NCBI GenBank assembly: GCA_018883425.1
Contig: VFQY01000005.1
Location: forward strand, 1-61,082
Direction of reading: 5' to 3'
DNA: 61,082 nt
Source: Candidatus Omnitrophota bacterium
GTDB lineage: Bacteria > Omnitrophota > Omnitrophia > Omnitrophales > Aquincolibacteriaceae
In this document: piece after piece, positions 28,016-37,656 of the stretch
Layout of the letters: every line of letters starts with the position of its first letter
Position numbering within the stretch: position 1 is the stretch's first letter
The notes under the pieces: generated by a model
Seen by the model: the letters and a program-made list of their open reading frames with translations, nothing else
Told to the model about the DNA's origin: nothing
Database searches by the model: none
Program-made: the position numbers and the translations under genes

Positions 28016-28422
28016 CGGGACACTCCGGAACCTATCAGAAGGATCATGAGAGCTCCGTTCAAGACATGGCTTACAAAACAAAGTCTACAGGATGTGCGCT
28101 CCCAAAAAATCAGAGCATAGGCGAGATAGAGGGAACGCATCAGGGCCGCAGCGCTCAGAACCAGCGCAAGGCCGGGCGGAAAAAAAAACAAATCGGCAAT
28201 CAGGTAGCTGTAGAAGATAAACCCCAAAACAGCATTCGGGATTCCGAAAAGTTTGGCATGAGGACGATGTACAATCGATGCGCAGATCCCTTCATTCATC
28301 CTGCAAACCTTCGGAATCCAAGCCGCATCGGGGGAGAACCAGCGGTAATAGACTCCGCAGAAGTAGAAGGAAATCAGGAGGCCTGTCAGGGAAAGAAGAA
28401 AAATGCCGATGGAATTCGCCAT
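28012..28422 (-). CDS. vitamin K epoxide reductase (VKOR) family membrane protein
   Basis: Start ATG 28422 (MANSIGIFLL). It has 4 TM helices, a loop Cys pair (CRMNEGIC) and a CRLC redox motif in the last helix. Confidence 0.75.
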   Translation of the reverse strand: MANSIGIFLLSLTGLLISFYFCGVYYRWFSPDAAWIPKVCRMNEGICASIVHRPHAKLFGIPNAVLGFIFYSYLIADLFFFPPGLALVLSAAALMRSLYLAYALIFWERTSCRLCFVSHVLNGALMILLIGSGVSR

Positions 28423-28536
28423 AGTCTGAGTCTCTGTTTTTAACAGGATAGCCCGCCTCGGGTTTTGACGCAAGCGGAGCGGCGCGGTAACAGGGCTCTT
28501 GATCGGCCCTGAAAATCAGCTAAACTCGAAATAAAG

Positions 28537-28998
28537 GTGCGTGGTGCCGCCATCATGATGCTGGTGAAGAAAATTCTCGTCTCCTTAGGGTTTCTATCGC
28601 TCCTCACTGCCCCGATCCTCCTGAACGGGTGCGGCCGATCGAACTTCTCCTACAATGACAGTCAGCGGGAAGAACTTACAGCATCTTCGAAACTTATTGT
28701 GGAAGCGGTCGCGACCGGCACGGAACGTGTGCACGCAAAGAAGAATCTTGATTTTGTCGAAGGCCGAAAGGGTTTCAGCAGCAAAATCGAGTCCTCTGTC
28801 TCTTTCCGGCTTAAACGGGTTGTCAAGGGTACCGCGGCCAAGGAAGTATTCTCGGTGGGCATCAATTTGCCCAGCATGGCTTTCGGTATGGGGCCCGGTG
28901 AATCTCCCGGTATGAAAAAATTCACCCTCTATTTTGCCTACGATCAAAAAATCAGGAGGGACGTTCTTCTAGGAGCCGAGTGGGAAAAAGTCCGCTAG
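28537..28998 (+). CDS. lipoprotein of unknown function
   Basis: 153 aa. Hydrophobic N-terminus with ILLNGC as a lipobox-like site. It is divergent from VKOR and convergent with proS. No motif recognised. Confidence 0.5.
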   Translation: MRGAAIMMLVKKILVSLGFLSLLTAPILLNGCGRSNFSYNDSQREELTASSKLIVEAVATGTERVHAKKNLDFVEGRKGFSSKIESSVSFRLKRVVKGTAAKEVFSVGINLPSMAFGMGPGESPGMKKFTLYFAYDQKIRRDVLLGAEWEKVR

Positions 28999-29014
28999 CC
29001 GCCGTCACTGCCGC

Positions 29015-30718
29015 TCAGGCGCGCTTCCTGCCGAGCCAGGATCCGGGATCGAATTCTTCCAGCCCCACCATCGCCGCGGTGCCGTCAAGGCCGGATTTGA
29101 TCTCAATCTTGCCCTCCGCGAGACCTCTCTCACCGAGTACGATCTGCAGCGGAATGCCGATCAAATCAGCATCTTTAAATTTAACGCCGGCCCTTTCATC
29201 ACGGTCGTCATAAAAAACCTCGAAACCTTCATCCTGAAGTTTTTTGTAAAGCGCTTCGGCCGCAAGGGTGATTTTTTCTTCCTTCTGATTCAGCGTGATA
29301 ATTTCGAACTGATAGGGGGCGATCGCCACCGGCCACCGAATCCCTTTGTCGTCATGATGTTCTTCAATCGCGGCGGCAAGAATGCGGTTGACGCCGATAC
29401 CGTAGCAGCCCATGAGGATGGTCCGCCGCTGGCCCTTCTCATCAAGAAAATGCCCAGAAAGGGCCTCCGTGTATCGGCTGCCGAGCTTGAAGATATGCCC
29501 GATTTCCATCGTCGTGGCAATCGTAAGCGGGCCGCTTCCATCTTTGGCAGGATCCCCTTCCTTCACATTCCGGATATCGCCGACGGCGGACGGGGTAAAA
29601 TCCCTCCCCATCACGGCATTTTTGAGATGCGTGTCTTTCTGGTTCGCTCCGCAAACAAAGGACGAGAGTCCCTCAAGGTCCCAATCCGCGTAAATAGGCA
29701 AGCGCAAGCCCACGGGGCCTGCAAATCCGACGGGGGCGCCCGTAGCCTGCTCAACTTCCTTGTTTTCTGCTTGCCGCAAATTTTTAGTCCCGATAAGTTT
29801 TCTCAATTTATGTTCGTTGACCTCGCTGTCCCCCGTAACAAGAACAGCGACAGGTTTTTCATCAGCGATGTAAATGAGCGTTTTAACCATCCCGGAGGGA
29901 TCGATTTTGAAGCGGTTCTTGAGTTCGTCAATGGTGCGGAGGTTCGGCGTATCGAAGACCTCCGGCAATTCCGCAGGGGCGGCGGAGCAGGACGCTGTGG
30001 GCTTGGCGCGTTCAGCGATCTCAAGGCTTGCCAGATACCCCTTGGAAGATCGGGCTACCCGATCCTCTCCGTAAGGGCAAACCACCATAAATTCCTGACT
30101 CATTTTCCCGCCCATCATGCCGGTATCAGCCTCGACGATTTGAAATGTCAGCCCGCATCGCGTGAAAATTTTGCGGTAAGCATCCGCCATCTTTTGATAA
30201 TTTTTATCAAGACCCGCCTCATCCTGATCAAAACTATAGGCGTCCTTCATGATAAATTCCTTGGTGCGGATCACGCCGAATCGAGGGCGGGCTTCATCGC
30301 GGAACTTGGTTTGAATTTGATAAAGCGTGAAGGGCAGATCGCGGAAGGATTTAACGCACCCGGCTGCAAGATCGGTGACGACCTCCTCGTGAGTCGGCCC
30401 AAGAACAAATTCATGACCGGCCCTGTTCTTAAAAGCAATCTTGTCGTCCCCGAGACTTTCGTATCGGCCGGTTTTCTTCCACAGATCGGCAGGATGAAGC
30501 GCGGGCATCAAAAGCTCTTCAGCGCCGGCGCGGTTCATCTCCTCGCGGATGATATTCATGATTTTGTAAAGAACACGGAAACCGAGCGGCAGATAGGTGT
30601 AGACGCCTGAGGCCAGTTGGCGGACCAGTCCCGCCCGCAAGGCCAGTTTATGGCTGGCGGCTTCCGCGTCTTTGGGTACATCGCGCAAGGTTGGAAGCAG
30701 TGTTTGTGTCCATCGCAT
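29015..30718 (-). CDS. proS: proline--tRNA ligase (bacterial type with INS editing domain)
   Basis: 567 aa. MRWTQTLLPTLRDVPKDAE start, class II motifs (FRDEARPRFGVIRTKEF, GCYGIGVNR) and a C-terminal anticodon-binding domain. Confidence 0.97.
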   Translation of the reverse strand: MRWTQTLLPTLRDVPKDAEAASHKLALRAGLVRQLASGVYTYLPLGFRVLYKIMNIIREEMNRAGAEELLMPALHPADLWKKTGRYESLGDDKIAFKNRAGHEFVLGPTHEEVVTDLAAGCVKSFRDLPFTLYQIQTKFRDEARPRFGVIRTKEFIMKDAYSFDQDEAGLDKNYQKMADAYRKIFTRCGLTFQIVEADTGMMGGKMSQEFMVVCPYGEDRVARSSKGYLASLEIAERAKPTASCSAAPAELPEVFDTPNLRTIDELKNRFKIDPSGMVKTLIYIADEKPVAVLVTGDSEVNEHKLRKLIGTKNLRQAENKEVEQATGAPVGFAGPVGLRLPIYADWDLEGLSSFVCGANQKDTHLKNAVMGRDFTPSAVGDIRNVKEGDPAKDGSGPLTIATTMEIGHIFKLGSRYTEALSGHFLDEKGQRRTILMGCYGIGVNRILAAAIEEHHDDKGIRWPVAIAPYQFEIITLNQKEEKITLAAEALYKKLQDEGFEVFYDDRDERAGVKFKDADLIGIPLQIVLGERGLAEGKIEIKSGLDGTAAMVGLEEFDPGSWLGRKRA

Positions 30719-30747
30719 GATTCATTTCCTTTCGTCCAACCCTCCGG

Positions 30748-31866
30748 CTAGAAAGGCAGCAAGCTCCGAAGGCGGGCAAAAACATCGAGGTTGTTCAAGT
30801 CATTGAAGATCAGAAAAACCATCAAAACTAAGAGCGCCGCGAAACCTGCCTGAGTCAGTCTTTCCTGAAAAATCAGACTCACTCTTTTTCTGCGGACCGC
30901 CTCAATGAGCAGAAAAAATAAATGGCCGCCGTCCAGCGCAGGAATCGGAAGCAGGTTAATCACCGCTAGAGAGATGCTCAAAGTTGCCATGAGCTGAAGC
31001 ACGTAAGCAGGCCCCATTTTCGCCGCGTCACCGGCAAGGGACATAATGCCCACAGGCCCGGAAACCGCTTTGAGGGACATCTTACCCTGAATCATGTAAA
31101 AGATAGCTTTGTGCGTCATCACGGTCAGAGACACGGTGGTCTCGGCACCGCGGACAATCGCTTCGCCCGCACCGTATTTTTCAAAAAAAACAGCCTCCGG
31201 ATGCGGAGAAACTCCGAGCCTGCGAACGCGCACCGACCGGCCGAAAAGGTCCTGGGCGTCTTCTTCTTTCGGCATTAGCTGAAGTGTCAAGCGGTCTTTA
31301 CCGCCCGCCAAATTCCTGCGCTCGAGCTCAAGATCGAGTGGGCCCGGAGGTGCCTTTTCAATCGCATGGGTCATATCGGTCCAGGTCAACACCGGCAAAC
31401 CGCTGACAGCGAGAATACGGTCTCCTTTCAAGAGACCGCTGGATGCCGCGGGATACCCCTCGACGAAACCTCCGAGGGTTGTCCCAGGAACCGGACGGCC
31501 GATCATGAAAATTGCGGCGAACAGCACAAAGGCCAGAAAATAATTCATGATCACGCCCGCACACACAATAAAAATTCGAGCTCCTAGCGGGGCGGCCAAA
31601 TATTCACCTGCCTGCGGTTCCTGCCCCTCGGGCAGTTCGCTGTAGCTCTCTCCCGCAGGCTTGACATAACCTCCCAAAGGAAAAAGCGAAACGGCATAAC
31701 GCGTTTCGGCTCCTTGCCAATGCAGAACTTCAGGACCAAAACCGATCGAGAACTTTTCAACCCGCACCTTGGTGAGGCGGCAGGCGATAAAATGCCCCAG
31801 CTCATGAATCGTGATCAGCACACCTAAGATCAGCAGGGTCGGTCCCACGGACATCAGAAAACTCAT
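30748..31866 (-). CDS. rseP: RIP site-2 metalloprotease RseP
   Basis: 372 aa. HELGHF in TM1, a central PDZ domain, and NLLPIPALDGG. Confidence 0.93.
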   Translation of the reverse strand: MSFLMSVGPTLLILGVLITIHELGHFIACRLTKVRVEKFSIGFGPEVLHWQGAETRYAVSLFPLGGYVKPAGESYSELPEGQEPQAGEYLAAPLGARIFIVCAGVIMNYFLAFVLFAAIFMIGRPVPGTTLGGFVEGYPAASSGLLKGDRILAVSGLPVLTWTDMTHAIEKAPPGPLDLELERRNLAGGKDRLTLQLMPKEEDAQDLFGRSVRVRRLGVSPHPEAVFFEKYGAGEAIVRGAETTVSLTVMTHKAIFYMIQGKMSLKAVSGPVGIMSLAGDAAKMGPAYVLQLMATLSISLAVINLLPIPALDGGHLFFLLIEAVRRKRVSLIFQERLTQAGFAALLVLMVFLIFNDLNNLDVFARLRSLLPF

Positions 31867-33128
31867 AAAGCGGCCTCCGCTTCCTGTCGGGCCCAGGCAT
31901 CGGCATCAAGCAGATCCTCAAGGCAGGGGTGAGAAATGAGCCGATGTTTTCGCATGACTTTTTCGATTTTTTCGGAAATCGCCGTAAACTTAATTTTTCT
32001 GTTGAGAAAAGCTTCCACAAAAACCTCATTCGCTGCGTTGAGCACGGCAGGCAGACTGCCTCCCCTATCACTGGCTTCGTAACCCAATCTAAGGCATGGA
32101 AACCTTGAAAAATCAGGCTTTTCAAAATGAAATTTGCGCAGGCTGCAAAAGTCGAGCCTCGGCAAGTCGTTCGTCAGGCGATCAGGATACCCTAAGGCGC
32201 ATTGGATAGGAAGCAGCATATCGGGCACACCGAGCTGAGCCAGGTGAGAACCGTCCAAGAATTCGACCACCGCGTGGATGACAGCTTCGGGATGAATCAG
32301 AACTTCGATTTTTGAAGCCGGCATGCCGAAGAGGTGCGCGGCCTCAATAACCTCAAGGCCTTTATTCATGAGAGTCGCCGAGTCAATTGTGATTTTAGGT
32401 CCCATCTTCCATTTGGGATGGTTCAAAGCCTGCTCCGGAGTGACCGCGCGCAAAGAACCTTTGCGGTTCAAGAAAGGCCCGCCCGAGGAAGTCAAAATCA
32501 GGCGTCTCACAGATTCAGGTGTCCGCCCCTCAAGGCATTGCCACAGCCCGGAATGCTCGCTATCGACGGGACGCACAGAGGCTCCAAACTTCGCAGCCTC
32601 ATCCATCAAGAGACGGCCTGCCATCACCAAAGGTTCCTTGTTGGCAATAGCCACTGTCTTCGCGGCTTGGAGCGATGAGAATATCGGCTTGAGGGCGGCC
32701 GAACCTGCCATCGCAAAGAGGACATGATCCGCGCTTGGGAGGGATGCCGCCTCAGTCAGGCCCTCCATGCCGGATAGGACGCGGATTCGATAGCGCTTCA
32801 GCTGCCTCTGCACTTCAAGAGCTTTGGCTTCATCGAACACACAGACAAGTTCGGGACGGAATTCTAGAGCCTGACGGATTAAAAGATCAGCGTTGCGGCG
32901 GGCAGCGAGGGCTTTGACGCTGAACTTGTCCGGGTGAGCCCGCACAAGACGCAGCGCACTCAGGCCGATCGATCCGGTCGAACCCAGAATCGACAATTGT
33001 CTGGGAAAGTCCGAAGGACGGCGCTTGACGCGTGCTGCGGCCGGCGAAGTTTTCCCGGGTGCCGGGCGCTCTGCCCAGAGCGCCTTTCGTTCTGCCTTTG
33101 GTTTTTTTTTATCCGCAACTGCGCTCAT
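31863..33128 (-). CDS. dxr: 1-deoxy-D-xylulose 5-phosphate reductoisomerase
   Basis: 421 aa. ILGSTGSIG NADPH motif, and LANKE / SEHSA-type motifs (IANKEPLV, DSEHSGLWQC). The N-terminus has a roughly 40-aa basic extension. 4-nt overlap with rseP. Confidence 0.93.
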   Translation of the reverse strand: MSAVADKKKPKAERKALWAERPAPGKTSPAAARVKRRPSDFPRQLSILGSTGSIGLSALRLVRAHPDKFSVKALAARRNADLLIRQALEFRPELVCVFDEAKALEVQRQLKRYRIRVLSGMEGLTEAASLPSADHVLFAMAGSAALKPIFSSLQAAKTVAIANKEPLVMAGRLLMDEAAKFGASVRPVDSEHSGLWQCLEGRTPESVRRLILTSSGGPFLNRKGSLRAVTPEQALNHPKWKMGPKITIDSATLMNKGLEVIEAAHLFGMPASKIEVLIHPEAVIHAVVEFLDGSHLAQLGVPDMLLPIQCALGYPDRLTNDLPRLDFCSLRKFHFEKPDFSRFPCLRLGYEASDRGGSLPAVLNAANEVFVEAFLNRKIKFTAISEKIEKVMRKHRLISHPCLEDLLDADAWARQEAEAAL

Positions 33129-33164
33129 TCAAAACCTGCTTTGAAAATTTCGGCCAAGGCCGAA

Positions 33165-33953
33165 TCAATAGACGAACCTCATGAGGTAAAAATAAACCAG
33201 CGGGATGGTCAACAGCAGACTGTCGAGTACGTCCAGAATTCCGCCCAGGCCGGGAACCGTGCCGGAGTCTTTGATGCCCGCATCGCGTTTGATCAAACTC
33301 TCCGCGAGATCTCCAAGCTGGGAGATCACACCCGCCAAAACACCTAAAAAAAGAAAATGATGAAAGTCCACTGACGGAATATACGTTTTGGAGAACATCG
33401 CCAGAATGACCGATGTAAGAAACCCGGCCCAAGCCCCCTCAACGGATTTATTGGGGCTGACATGCTCGAGCAGTTTGGCTTTGCCTAATTTACGGCCGAC
33501 AAAATAGGCTCCGGCATCGCCGCCCTTGACCACCAACGCCGCGAAAAAAACCCATTGAGCTCCTTGGGGAATCTGCCGCAGATAAATCAGCGTCGAAAAA
33601 AACCACGCCACATACACAACACCCAAAAAAGAGACCGAAGTGCTGACGAACGCTTGATGGAGTTTCTCCTTCTTGAAATTGACGATGAAGAGTGTCAGGC
33701 AGGCGGCAAGGATAGCGAGCAAGTCTAAGCGGAGCAAAAAAGCAATCGGCATCAGCGCCCCGAGAGCCAAAGAGGCCGCTCGGTTGACAGCCAGTCCCTT
33801 TTTCTCGGCCATCGACAGATATTCGTAGAGCGCCGTCAGGACAAGCAGCTCAATGACGATCGTGAACAGCCACAACGGGGCCGCAAAAATCGTGAAAATC
33901 GCTAGTGAAACGAGCACGGCCGAGGTGGCAAGCCGTTTGCCCAGCTGAGTCAT
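33165..33953 (-). CDS. cdsA: phosphatidate cytidylyltransferase
   Basis: 262 aa, multi-TM. C-terminal signature GDLAESLIKRDAGIKDSGTVPGLGGILD. Confidence 0.92.
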   Translation of the reverse strand: MTQLGKRLATSAVLVSLAIFTIFAAPLWLFTIVIELLVLTALYEYLSMAEKKGLAVNRAASLALGALMPIAFLLRLDLLAILAACLTLFIVNFKKEKLHQAFVSTSVSFLGVVYVAWFFSTLIYLRQIPQGAQWVFFAALVVKGGDAGAYFVGRKLGKAKLLEHVSPNKSVEGAWAGFLTSVILAMFSKTYIPSVDFHHFLFLGVLAGVISQLGDLAESLIKRDAGIKDSGTVPGLGGILDVLDSLLLTIPLVYFYLMRFVY

Positions 33954-34684
33954 GCATCCGCTCCCGTGTTGAGGGGCTCTGTCCTGCCGAATCTCCGCTC
34001 GCGGAGGCTGTAAGCCGCAAGAGCCTTTTGAAACTCTTCCGCCGTAAATTCAGGCCAGCACTTTTCGGTGACGTACAGTTCAGCGTAAGAAATTTGCCAG
34101 AGCAGAAAATTGCTGACGCGCATTTCCCCGCTTGTTCTTATCAGAAGATCGGGATCCGGCAGCGCACTCGTGTAAAGATGACTGGCGACATCCTTTTCCG
34201 AGATCATTTCCGGATCAATTTTGCCCTGCACGGCAAGACGCGCAAGCGCCCGGCAGGCCTCCGTAATCTCAAGCCTGGAAGAATAACTAAAGGCGAATGT
34301 CACAAAAAGGCCCGTATTGGACGCGGTTTCCTCAGCGGCCCGGGAAAGCTTCGCCTGGATCTCGGACGGCATATCCGTCAGGCAGCCGATCGCGTTGAAA
34401 ACAATGTTATTCTTCTTCAGCTCGGCGAGTTTATGATCCAAGTAGTTGGACAAGAGCTGCATGAGGAACTGAACTTCGTCCTTCGGGCGGTGCCAATTTT
34501 CTTTCGAGAACGCGTACAAGGTGATGTATTTAACACCGGCCTTCTCAGCAGCTCGCATGACGTCTTCCAGGCGATCTGCCCCAGCCTGATGTCCGCGGAT
34601 CCTGGCCAGCCCCTGGCGGCCCGCCCATCTTCCGTTCCCGTCCATGATCAGGGCCACGTGCTGGGGGATTTTTTCAAGACTCAT
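33950..34684 (-). CDS. uppS: undecaprenyl-diphosphate synthase (cis-isoprenyl transferase)
   Basis: 244 aa. HVALIMDGNGRWA, FSKENW, and LLIRTSGEMRVSNFLLWQ. Confidence 0.95.
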   Translation of the reverse strand: MSLEKIPQHVALIMDGNGRWAGRQGLARIRGHQAGADRLEDVMRAAEKAGVKYITLYAFSKENWHRPKDEVQFLMQLLSNYLDHKLAELKKNNIVFNAIGCLTDMPSEIQAKLSRAAEETASNTGLFVTFAFSYSSRLEITEACRALARLAVQGKIDPEMISEKDVASHLYTSALPDPDLLIRTSGEMRVSNFLLWQISYAELYVTEKCWPEFTAEEFQKALAAYSLRERRFGRTEPLNTGADA

Positions 34685-34716
34685 ATCATGTCCGCGAAAA
34701 ATTTGCAGAACGCCGT

Positions 34717-35991
34717 TTAAAGAATAACTGTCTGGGACCGCTTACTGCCCACTGAAATCATCCGTATCGGCGTCTCCATCAGGCGCTCAAGACGTTTGAG
34801 ATACTTCCTGGCATTTGCGGGAAGATCCTTCCAGCGCTTCACGTGCGTCAGGTCTTCTTTCCAGCCTTTCATCGTCTCATAAACCGGCTTCACGCGAGCA
34901 AAATCGCAGGAGGACGGCGGAAAATCCCCGTAGGTTTTTCCGTCGAGCTCATAGGCAACGGCGATCTTGAGTTCAGGGAGACCTGAGAGAACATCCAGTT
35001 TCATCAAGGCCATCTCATCAAGGCCGTTGATCCGGACCGAGTGCCGGACGATCAGCGCGTCGAACCAGCCGCAGCGGCGAGGACGCCCCGTGGTCGAACC
35101 GAACTCGTCGCCTTTTTTCTGAATTTCCTTCATAAGAGCCGCAGGAAACTGTGAGGGGAAAGGCCCTTCCCCGACGCGCGTCGTGTAGGCTTTGACCACG
35201 CCGATAACTCGGTCGATCAGCGTCGGACTGACGCCCGAGCCGGTGATCGCACCCCCGACGGAAGCATTCGATGAAGTAACAAACGGATAGGTTCCGTGAT
35301 CGACGTCCAAAAGGGTGCCTTGCGCTCCTTCAAAAAGAAGACTCTTTCCCTTGCGCGAGGCAGAGAAAAGGTAACTCGGCGTATCGATCGAATACTCCAG
35401 GAGCCTTGAGCGGGTCGACAGGCACTCCGCCAAAACCTCCTTGAAAGAAAGTCCGGGATGTTTATAAATCTTTCTGAGGATTTCGTTGCGTTCTTTCAGC
35501 ACCGCTTCGAGCCTCTCCTTGAAATAGGGGAGGTTGCGCAGGTCGCCGACCCGGATGCCGACTCGGGCCATCTTGTCCGCATAACAGGGGCCGATACCTT
35601 TCTTGGTCGTTCCGATCTGCTCCCCTTTTTTAGCATCTTCCTCGCGCAGACAATCCATCAGGCGGTGATGCGGAAGAATGAGGTGTGCCTGCTCGGAAAC
35701 AAACAGCCTGCCCTTGACGCGGATACCCTTTTTCTCCAGGACGTCCACTTCTTTAAAGAAAGCAGCGGGGTCGATAACCACGCCGTTGCCGATGACACAG
35801 ACCTTGTCTTTGTGAAGAATCCCGGACGGTATGAGATGAAGGATGTGCGTTTGGTCATCGAATTTCACGGTGTGACCCGCGTTATTACCGCCCTGATAGC
35901 GGACGATGATATCGCTCTTGCGTGAGAGGATGTCAATGATCTTGCCTTTACCTTCGTCGCCCCATTGGGCGCCTATCAAAATTCTGTTCAT
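34717..35991 (-). CDS. purA: adenylosuccinate synthetase
   Basis: 424 aa. GAQWGDEGKGK P-loop, GNNAGHT, and GTTKKGIGP. Confidence 0.97.
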   Translation of the reverse strand: MNRILIGAQWGDEGKGKIIDILSRKSDIIVRYQGGNNAGHTVKFDDQTHILHLIPSGILHKDKVCVIGNGVVIDPAAFFKEVDVLEKKGIRVKGRLFVSEQAHLILPHHRLMDCLREEDAKKGEQIGTTKKGIGPCYADKMARVGIRVGDLRNLPYFKERLEAVLKERNEILRKIYKHPGLSFKEVLAECLSTRSRLLEYSIDTPSYLFSASRKGKSLLFEGAQGTLLDVDHGTYPFVTSSNASVGGAITGSGVSPTLIDRVIGVVKAYTTRVGEGPFPSQFPAALMKEIQKKGDEFGSTTGRPRRCGWFDALIVRHSVRINGLDEMALMKLDVLSGLPELKIAVAYELDGKTYGDFPPSSCDFARVKPVYETMKGWKEDLTHVKRWKDLPANARKYLKRLERLMETPIRMISVGSKRSQTVIL

Positions 35992-36014
35992 GCGGCCTTC
36001 TTTCTGGAAAGCGG

Positions 36015-37622
36015 TTAAAACCGTACGATCTTGGCGTCGAGAATGGGCGGAAATTTTTTGAGCAGCGTCAGAACCTTCGCCGGAACATCCGAGTCGGTGC
36101 TGATCACGGTCATGGCAAAAACTTTCTTGCCTCGGGCCACCCTTCCGAGCGTCATTTCCGCGATATTGATTTTATTATTTCCGAGAATCGTCCCGACTTT
36201 TCCGACGACGCCCGGCTGATCTTCGTTTTTGATAAACAGCACGTAGCGAGCGGGATTCAGATCGATCGTAAACTCATCGATGCGGACAACCCGGGGGTTC
36301 TCTTGATCATAAATCGTTCCGAGAATTTTGTGCGTCTCGCTGTTCTGAAGGGCTTCAACCTCGATGAAGTTTGTAAAGTCCTGCGCGTCAGCGCTCCGGC
36401 TCTCATGCACCGTAATGCCCCGCTCCTTGGCCAAAGAAGGCGCATTGACGAAATTAACCGTATCCCCGCAAATCGGTGTGAGAATTCCCTTCAGCACCGC
36501 GATCGTGATAGGGGCGGCCCCGAAACGGGTGGGGTCTCCGCCGAGACGGATCGTCACATTCTTAAGACTTCCGCCGTAGAGCTGGGCGTGAAGAGTGCCG
36601 AGTTTTTCAGCAAGCGTCAGCCAGGGTTTAGCAGCCTTGAGCGTTTCGGGATCGAGGTTCGGCAGATTGACCGCATTCTTGATCGCGCGTCCATGCAGTG
36701 CATCAAGGACTTGATACGCGACATCGACCGCGACATTTTCCTGTGCCTCCTGCGTTGCGGCGCCCAGGTGCGGCGTCGCGATCACCTGCGGCAGTCTCAG
36801 CAAGGGATGATCAGCAGGCGGCTCCTGCTCGAAAACGTCGAGAGCCGCACCTGCAACCCTCTCGGATTCGAGCGCCCGGAAAAGCGCGGCTTCGTCAATG
36901 ATGCCTCCGCGGGCGCAGTTCACGATGCGCACGCTTTTCTTGCACAGCCTGAGCGTCTCGTCGTTAAGAATGTACTTCGTTTCCGGCGTCAGCGGCGTAT
37001 GAACGGTAATGAAGTCTGCGATTTTAAGAAGCGACTTAAGTTCCATGAATTCGACCGGATACTCCTTCACGCTCGCTTTTGAGATGAACGGATCGAACGT
37101 CACGATCTTCATTCCGAAAGCCGCGGCACGCTTGGCGACTTCACGGCCGATACGTCCGAAACCCACCACACCGAGGATCTTTCCGTTGAGCTCGGCTCCT
37201 AAAAACTTCTGCCTCTTCCACTCCCCTTTATGGACGGACATGTGCGCCTGCGGAATGTTCCGTGCTAATGCCATAAGCATCGAAAACGTATGCTCCGCGG
37301 TTGAAATCGTGTTGCCCTCAGGCGTGTTCATCACGATGATGCCGCGCTTCGTCGCGGCCGGCAAATCGACATTATCCACGCCGACACCCGCGCGGCCGAT
37401 GACGCGCAGCCGCTGCGCGGCCTGAATCAGATCTTCGGTCAGGCGCGTTCCGCTTCTGACGATGATGGCATCGTACTGGGCAATAATTTTTTTCAGCTCC
37501 TCGGGTTTAAGCCCCGGGCGCTCATCCACAACCACGGATTTATCCTTCGACAAAACAGCCATCCCACCCTGCCCGAGAGGGTCCGCGACAAGAATTTTAT
37601 GCATCACTTCAGACTTTGACAT
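36015..37622 (-). CDS. serA: D-3-phosphoglycerate dehydrogenase (long form with ASB and ACT domains)
   Basis: 535 aa. GVVGFGRIGREVA NAD motif, catalytic NCARGG...TPHLGA, and a C-terminal ACT-like DQPGVVGKVGTILG. Confidence 0.95.
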   Translation of the reverse strand: MSKSEVMHKILVADPLGQGGMAVLSKDKSVVVDERPGLKPEELKKIIAQYDAIIVRSGTRLTEDLIQAAQRLRVIGRAGVGVDNVDLPAATKRGIIVMNTPEGNTISTAEHTFSMLMALARNIPQAHMSVHKGEWKRQKFLGAELNGKILGVVGFGRIGREVAKRAAAFGMKIVTFDPFISKASVKEYPVEFMELKSLLKIADFITVHTPLTPETKYILNDETLRLCKKSVRIVNCARGGIIDEAALFRALESERVAGAALDVFEQEPPADHPLLRLPQVIATPHLGAATQEAQENVAVDVAYQVLDALHGRAIKNAVNLPNLDPETLKAAKPWLTLAEKLGTLHAQLYGGSLKNVTIRLGGDPTRFGAAPITIAVLKGILTPICGDTVNFVNAPSLAKERGITVHESRSADAQDFTNFIEVEALQNSETHKILGTIYDQENPRVVRIDEFTIDLNPARYVLFIKNEDQPGVVGKVGTILGNNKINIAEMTLGRVARGKKVFAMTVISTDSDVPAKVLTLLKKFPPILDAKIVRF

Positions 37623-37656
37623 CGTTCGTTCCTCTTTTTAAACCGCTGCCCGTTGA

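Noticed and set aside
29354-30610. 418-aa plus-strand ORF.
   Set aside because: It lies entirely antisense to proS, whose class II synthetase motifs are unmistakable. The translation is Arg/Gly/Pro-rich with no motifs, so it is a typical shadow ORF.
33149-33164. 7-bp hairpin TTCGGCC/GGCCGAA right after the cdsA stop, looking like a terminator.
   Set aside because: It sits inside the conserved uppS-cdsA-dxr-rseP block, and only a weak T-run (AATTTTC) follows on the minus strand. It is more likely an mRNA-stability or processing stem than a terminator.
33905-34720. 271-aa plus-strand ORF.
   Set aside because: It is antisense to uppS, so it is a shadow ORF.
36303-37082. 259-aa plus-strand ORF.
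   Set aside because: It is antisense to serA. Its composition is low-complexity and Arg-rich, and serA on the other strand is full-length and motif-complete.
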